A stretch of DNA of 64,000 bases from Acidobacteriota bacterium (GTDB lineage: Bacteria > Acidobacteriota > UBA6911 > RPQK01 > JAJDTT01), in assembly GCA_965217775.1 (NCBI GenBank), contig CBDCJH010000002.1, positions 1,184,001-1,248,000 on the forward strand. The letters are read 5' to 3'. The notes below the pieces were generated by a model. That model was not told the origin of the DNA. It worked only from the letters and a program-made list of their open reading frames with translations, and did not search any database. Of this stretch, positions 59,181 through 64,000 are shown piece by piece (position 1 is the stretch's first letter; each line of letters begins with the position of its first letter). The translations under genes were made by a program, and so were the position numbers.

Positions 59181-61318
59181 GATCCGGCATAGTTTGGATC
59201 CTGCTGATCCTGACCCCGGTTTCGCTCGGGGCGAGTGGCCGCGCGTGGAATCCCTACGGGCTGAGCGAGGACGAGGTGGATGCCTTGCGGGTCCGGCATC
59301 CGGCCCTGCGGGAATTCTCCGAGTTCTTTACGGCGCTTCTTCGCCACCAGGATGCGCCGCGGGACGAGAACTTCGCCGTCTATCGCCCCATCCGGCGTCT
59401 GGCCATGAGGAGACGCGCGGTTCGGGGAGCTTGGTCTCCCGATTCGCAGGACGGGATCCAAGGTCAGGTCAGCCAGGCGCTCTGGAACTTGGCTTCACCG
59501 GAATTGGCCAGAATCGATCTGAACCCGGACGTCCAACTGACGCCTCCGGCCCAGGTATCCGTCTTCACCGAAGGCTTGGAGAACCGGGTCCTGCTCCTGC
59601 TTCGCAACAACCGACGGAAACCGGTAGCTTTGAGGCTGACTCCCGCCGGCGGATCGCTTCATTTTCCTCCTCGTGAGGTGTCACTGGCTCCGGGACAGGT
59701 GACGGGATTGCAGCTTCGGGTCTGGGGAGAGGGCGCCGATTCGCTGGGCTTGCGGCTGACCGTCGAGAAGAAGCCGATGGTCCTTGCGTTGCCGGTTCGG
59801 TGGCGCAAGGCAGCCCGGTTGGAGTTGACGGTCAAGACGCAGGATCGTGAATCATTCCGGCCCGCCCGGGTCTATGTGGTGGGGTCGGATCGGCTGGCAC
59901 GGGGGCCTGCCGGGACCTTTCTGCGGAGCACGTGGACGGAAGGGCACCACTATTTCCATACCCGGGGAGCCAGCTCTCTGGTTCTGCCCTCGGGACCGGC
60001 TCGCATACTGGTGGTGCATGGGTTCGAGCACGCTCCCGTGACCCTGAACCTGAATTTGGAACCGGGAGGCAATGAGGTGGAGGTCATCCCTCGACCGGGG
60101 TTCGATTGCGCCTCTCGAGGATGGTATTCGGGAGACATCCATATTCACCTGAACCTGGTCCACAAGACCCTGGATCAACTGGTTTTGACTCAAGACGCAC
60201 TCCTCCAGGCCGAGGCCGAGGACCTGGACGTCTCCAATCTGCTGGTGTGCAACTCGCTGGGCTCCATCACCTTCGATCGCAACCGCTTCACCGGATCGCT
60301 CCATCCTCTATCGACGGTGGAGCGGGTTCTGTATTGGAACGAGGAGGTCCGGGCCTCCCTCTACGGTCATCTGGCCGCGCTCAACCTCAAGGAGTTCCTG
60401 GAGCCCAACTTCACCGGGTTCCGCAACACCGACCACGCGTTCGACTACCCTTCCAACACCATTCAGGCCCGGAAGGGGAGGGAACAGGGGGCCGGGATCT
60501 TCTACGTCCACCCGGTCCACAATCCGGACGCCAACGAACTGGCCGGGTCCAGCGCCAAGGCGGTTCCCGTGGACGCGGCTCTGGGCCTCGTCGACGGACT
60601 GGAAATCCTGGGTTACGGACACCCTGCCGCCTCCTTGCGCCTCTATTACCGGCTGTTGAACTGTGGTTTCCGGTTGGCCGCCGCGGCGGGCACCGACGCC
60701 TTCAACAACATCCGGCGCCACAAGGTCATCGGCGGCGACCGCGTCTACGTGTACACCGGAGAGGCCTTCAACTACGACTCCTGGGTCCAGGGGCTCAAAG
60801 CGGGTCGGAGCTTCGTCACCAACGGGCCTCTCCTGTTCTTCGAAGTGGACGGCCGGTTGCCGGGATCGGAACTGGACCTGGAAGAACCGGGCCGGGTTCG
60901 GGTTCGGGTGGAGGCCTATTCCCATGCTCCCATGGATCGACTCGACCTGGTCTTCAACGGGAAGCCGCTACACACGGTGAAGGCTTCGGGAAACGGAACC
61001 CATCTGCTCTATCGGGGCTCGCTTCCCATCACCGAAAGCGGATGGCTGGCCGCGCGGATCCAGGGCGGTCCTCACCGTCTGGTCGTCAACAACACGGACC
61101 TTTTCGCACATACGACGCCCGTGTACCTGACTGTGGGCGGTAAGCCGTATGCGGATCCGGATTCCGTTACCCACTTTCTGCGCTGGATCGGGGATCTGCG
61201 GCAACGGCTGCTGACCGAGGGCCTGTTCCAGGAACCGATTCAGAAGCGGCAGGTGCTGGAGCAATTCCGGATGGCTGAAGCCGTCTACCGGCAGAAGCTG
61301 GATTCCGTCGAGAAATAG
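59177..61318 (+). CDS. CehA/McbA-family PHP-like metallohydrolase
   Basis: GWYSGDIHIH, YGH, YVHP, LLNCGFR..AAGTD, GRSFVTNGP. Confidence 0.85.
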   Translation: MRSGIVWILLILTPVSLGASGRAWNPYGLSEDEVDALRVRHPALREFSEFFTALLRHQDAPRDENFAVYRPIRRLAMRRRAVRGAWSPDSQDGIQGQVSQALWNLASPELARIDLNPDVQLTPPAQVSVFTEGLENRVLLLLRNNRRKPVALRLTPAGGSLHFPPREVSLAPGQVTGLQLRVWGEGADSLGLRLTVEKKPMVLALPVRWRKAARLELTVKTQDRESFRPARVYVVGSDRLARGPAGTFLRSTWTEGHHYFHTRGASSLVLPSGPARILVVHGFEHAPVTLNLNLEPGGNEVEVIPRPGFDCASRGWYSGDIHIHLNLVHKTLDQLVLTQDALLQAEAEDLDVSNLLVCNSLGSITFDRNRFTGSLHPLSTVERVLYWNEEVRASLYGHLAALNLKEFLEPNFTGFRNTDHAFDYPSNTIQARKGREQGAGIFYVHPVHNPDANELAGSSAKAVPVDAALGLVDGLEILGYGHPAASLRLYYRLLNCGFRLAAAAGTDAFNNIRRHKVIGGDRVYVYTGEAFNYDSWVQGLKAGRSFVTNGPLLFFEVDGRLPGSELDLEEPGRVRVRVEAYSHAPMDRLDLVFNGKPLHTVKASGNGTHLLYRGSLPITESGWLAARIQGGPHRLVVNNTDLFAHTTPVYLTVGGKPYADPDSVTHFLRWIGDLRQRLLTEGLFQEPIQKRQVLEQFRMAEAVYRQKLDSVEK

Positions 61319-61322
61319 GGGA

Positions 61323-62186
61323 CTATTCGGGAGGCGGCTCCGGGTCCGGCTTGGAGTCGGCGGGTGCCTCAGGCACGGATTCCGCCTCCGACTCTGGCGC
61401 TGGCTCCGGTTGCGGTTCCGGCTCGCCGAGGACCTCCCCGAATTCGATCGAGGTCCCCACTTCGAACTTCTTGAAATTGGAATAGGTGATCAGTTCCCGG
61501 ATGTGTACGCGGCGGCTTCGTCTGAAGCCTCCGCCGAACACCAGGATGTCGTCCGCCTCGCTCCAGGTGGGGAACCAGTATTCGCCATCGACCTGTTGCC
61601 GGAGAGTCTCGAAAGCCGGGAACTTGTTGTTGCCCAGGTCCGGCACGGCTTTGCCCTTGGTCATCACGATCTGCAGGTCCAGGTCGTCCACCCAGATCCG
61701 TCCCCGGAAGTAACGCCTGCCGCGGCGGATCCGCTTCGGCTTCACGTCGAACACGTAGCAATTGAGTTCGTCCACCTGCTCCTCTCCCCGGTACTTGATC
61801 TCGTATTGGGGAAGATCCTCCGTGGTCAGTGCGAAGGGTTGCAGGTTGAGGGCGTCGTCGAGATCTTCGCGCGTCAGTATCAACGATTCGAGTCTCCCCC
61901 GGTCGTCCACGATGCGATGTTGGCGTTCTCCATCACTGGTGAAGAAGATCTCGATGGTCATCTCCCGCTCTTCACGCACGCGGCCGGTGCGGGTCAGGAC
62001 CTGAAAGCGAATATGTTGAGTGTAGGTGTACTGTTGCCAGACTTGGCGAAATTCCGATTCTTTCTGGGCGAAACGTTTGATGATCTCCTGGGGATCGACC
62101 TTCGCTCCGGCCCCGGATCCCGTGGCGAGGAAGAAAAGGAACGGCAATATGGGGGAATTTCTCTTCATGACACCTATTGGATGCAT
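61323..62186 (-). CDS. Exported hypothetical protein (lipoprotein-sorting/MucB-like fold)
   Basis: Signal peptide; CYVFDVKPK, FRGRIWVD, YWFPT; Pro/Glu-rich tail. Confidence 0.75.
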   Translation of the reverse strand: MHPIGVMKRNSPILPFLFFLATGSGAGAKVDPQEIIKRFAQKESEFRQVWQQYTYTQHIRFQVLTRTGRVREEREMTIEIFFTSDGERQHRIVDDRGRLESLILTREDLDDALNLQPFALTTEDLPQYEIKYRGEEQVDELNCYVFDVKPKRIRRGRRYFRGRIWVDDLDLQIVMTKGKAVPDLGNNKFPAFETLRQQVDGEYWFPTWSEADDILVFGGGFRRSRRVHIRELITYSNFKKFEVGTSIEFGEVLGEPEPQPEPAPESEAESVPEAPADSKPDPEPPPE

Positions 62187-62219
62187 CGTCCCCCGAAAAG
62201 GGTCTCGATCACTTCCACT

Positions 62220-63206
62220 CTAACTCTCCCGGGGATGGGCCTTCAACAGGGAAAGCACCTCGTCCAGGGGAGGGATGCCGGCCCTGGCGCCGACTCGGGT
62301 GCAGGACAGGCTGGCGGCGGCGCCGGCAAAGAGGAGGCAACGCTCCACGCTCCAGTCCTGGAAGAGACTGTAGATGAACGCGCCGTGAAAGACGTCTCCG
62401 GCCCCGTTGGTATCGATGGGACGGACGGGGAAAGCCGGGAGCTGGATAATCCGGCCGTTCCAGATTGCGGCGGTCCCCTTCCGGCCCCGGGTCACGGCGA
62501 CGAATCCTCGGGTCCGCCGGGCCAGTTCCCTCAATCCCGACCTCCAGTCCTCATGCCCGGTGAAATTCCTGACGAATGCCTCACTCGGGATGAGAAAGTC
62601 GGTCAGTTCGACGACCTCCCGGATACCCGGCTGGACGTCGTCCACGTCCAGGGACACCTTCATTCCGGCCTCCCGGGCCCAGCGGGCAGCCTGGAGATTG
62701 GCATTCGGGTCGCAGCCGTCCAGATGCAGGAGCCGGCCGGATACGATCCACTCCCGTTTCAACTCTCCCTCGGCGTAGCGCAGTCTGCGGTCTCTGTGCC
62801 ATAAGACGGTCCTCTCACCGGTGAGGCGATCGACCAGGATGATGCCCAATTGGGTGGTTGCGTCGGGAACGATCCGGACGCAGGAGAGGTCCATGGGCTC
62901 CCGTCTGAGGTCCTGCAGCGAAAAACGGCCGAGATCGTCTCCGCCTACACTTCCGATGAACCTGGCCTTGAGGCCGTATCGTCCGCAGAGTGCCGTGGCA
63001 GTGGCCACTGGTCCGCCGCCCATCTGCACGACGTCGTCACACTCGATTCGGCTGCTATGGGCCGGGTATCGGGGGAGGAGGCAGACCCAGTCCACCGCAT
63101 CCATCCCCTGACCGATCACGTGGAAGGACCTGTCGCGGGGCCAATTAATGTCGAACGAGACGCTGTCGAGAGGACTGAGGGAGGGGTTCGGAGTTGCGCC
63201 GGTCAT
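62220..63206 (-). CDS. PfkB-family carbohydrate kinase
   Basis: GGGPVATA, DTNGAGDVFHGAF. Confidence 0.88.
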   Translation of the reverse strand: MTGATPNPSLSPLDSVSFDINWPRDRSFHVIGQGMDAVDWVCLLPRYPAHSSRIECDDVVQMGGGPVATATALCGRYGLKARFIGSVGGDDLGRFSLQDLRREPMDLSCVRIVPDATTQLGIILVDRLTGERTVLWHRDRRLRYAEGELKREWIVSGRLLHLDGCDPNANLQAARWAREAGMKVSLDVDDVQPGIREVVELTDFLIPSEAFVRNFTGHEDWRSGLRELARRTRGFVAVTRGRKGTAAIWNGRIIQLPAFPVRPIDTNGAGDVFHGAFIYSLFQDWSVERCLLFAGAAASLSCTRVGARAGIPPLDEVLSLLKAHPRES

Positions 63207-63261
63207 CCGGGCGCCTTCCCGGTTTCGGTGGGCGGCAGGAGATTCACGACGGAATTTCCGA

Positions 63262-63924
63262 TCAGAGCAGGCCTTCGTCGGCGAAACTGAAGTACCGGTG
63301 GGGACCGATGATAACATGGTCCAGAACCCGGATCCCCACCACCTCGCCGGTAGCCACGAGGCGGCGCGTGATCTCACGGTCCTCCCGGCTGGGCGTCGGA
63401 TCCCCGCTCGGATGGTTGTGAGCCAGGATGACGCCGGCCGCCGCTTCCTCGATGGCCGGCCGGAAGACTTCGCGGGGGTGGACCAGCGACGAAGTCAGTG
63501 TTCCCTCGGAGACAGTCACCAGTTTCAGGGTGCGGTTCTTTCCATCCAGGAGCAGAGTCCAGAAACATTCCTTGAGAAGTCCCGGGACCAAACCCCGAAA
63601 ATGCCGGTAGACCTGGGCGCTGTTGTGCAGCGAATCGCCGGCCGCAAGAGGGACACTCCCCAACCGCTGGAAGAGGTGGGCTGCGGCCAGGAGTGCCTGG
63701 GTCTGTCTCCGGGTCATACCGGTCTGCCGGAGCAGGGAATAGCTTGCGCGTCGCAGGCGGCGGGTCGAACCCAGCAACTCCAGGATCCTCCGGGCCCGCG
63801 CCAGGGCCTGTTGATCCGAGTCCGTCGGAGCGAGCACCAACGCCAGCAGTTCCACATCCGAAAGTGAATTCCAGTCGGACTCGAAGAGTCGCTGCGCAGG
63901 CAGGGGCTCGGTGCTTCCACTCAT
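63262..63924 (-). CDS. radC: RadC (JAB/MPN domain) protein
   Basis: LSDVELLAL, VHPREVF, HNHPSGDPTPSRED, LDHVIIG. Confidence 0.93.
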   Translation of the reverse strand: MSGSTEPLPAQRLFESDWNSLSDVELLALVLAPTDSDQQALARARRILELLGSTRRLRRASYSLLRQTGMTRRQTQALLAAAHLFQRLGSVPLAAGDSLHNSAQVYRHFRGLVPGLLKECFWTLLLDGKNRTLKLVTVSEGTLTSSLVHPREVFRPAIEEAAAGVILAHNHPSGDPTPSREDREITRRLVATGEVVGIRVLDHVIIGPHRYFSFADEGLL

Positions 63925-64000
63925 ATTCAATAACAACGATTCCGTCTGGCGATCGATGGAAAAAGATTTCGTGTGGAGACGCGTTTCGCTTTCTATGTCT

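Noticed and set aside
63262-63924. RadC as a marker of a mobile or anti-defence element
   Set aside because: Full-length chromosomal type among housekeeping genes, with no mobile context inside the window.

Overview
GC-rich bacterial chromosome segment. The gene content (Oar-type TonB receptor, DUF1501/PSD1 cluster, SwmB/FN3 adhesin) suggests an Acidobacteriota- or PVC-like, possibly host-associated organism (inference). Most of the window is ordinary metabolic and envelope genes, with two accessory hot spots. (1) At 17.4-27.5 kb, between a Nramp transporter and a convergent secreted SAM methyltransferase, three HUH/Y1 (RAYT-like) transposase genes alternate with cargo. The cargo is an internal type IIG R-M fragment interrupted by an IS1634-family element, an intact trypsin-like protease, a beta-propeller gene fragment, and displaced copies of the 3' ends of both flanking genes. 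Almost every junction carries a GGGACAGTCT motif (10 copies), often with short stuttered repeats. This is the best candidate for an undescribed gene-capture/cassette system. (2) At 2.2-5.1 kb lies a mosaic of toxin-antitoxin remnants with a catalytically intact TnpB bounded by 22-24 bp terminal inverted repeats; no IS200/IS605 hairpin ends were recognised. Also present: a partial ebo cluster, paralogous membrane-protein genes sharing a leader hairpin, an unannotated 59-aa gene and REP-like repeats. No rRNA, tRNA or CRISPR array was recognised.
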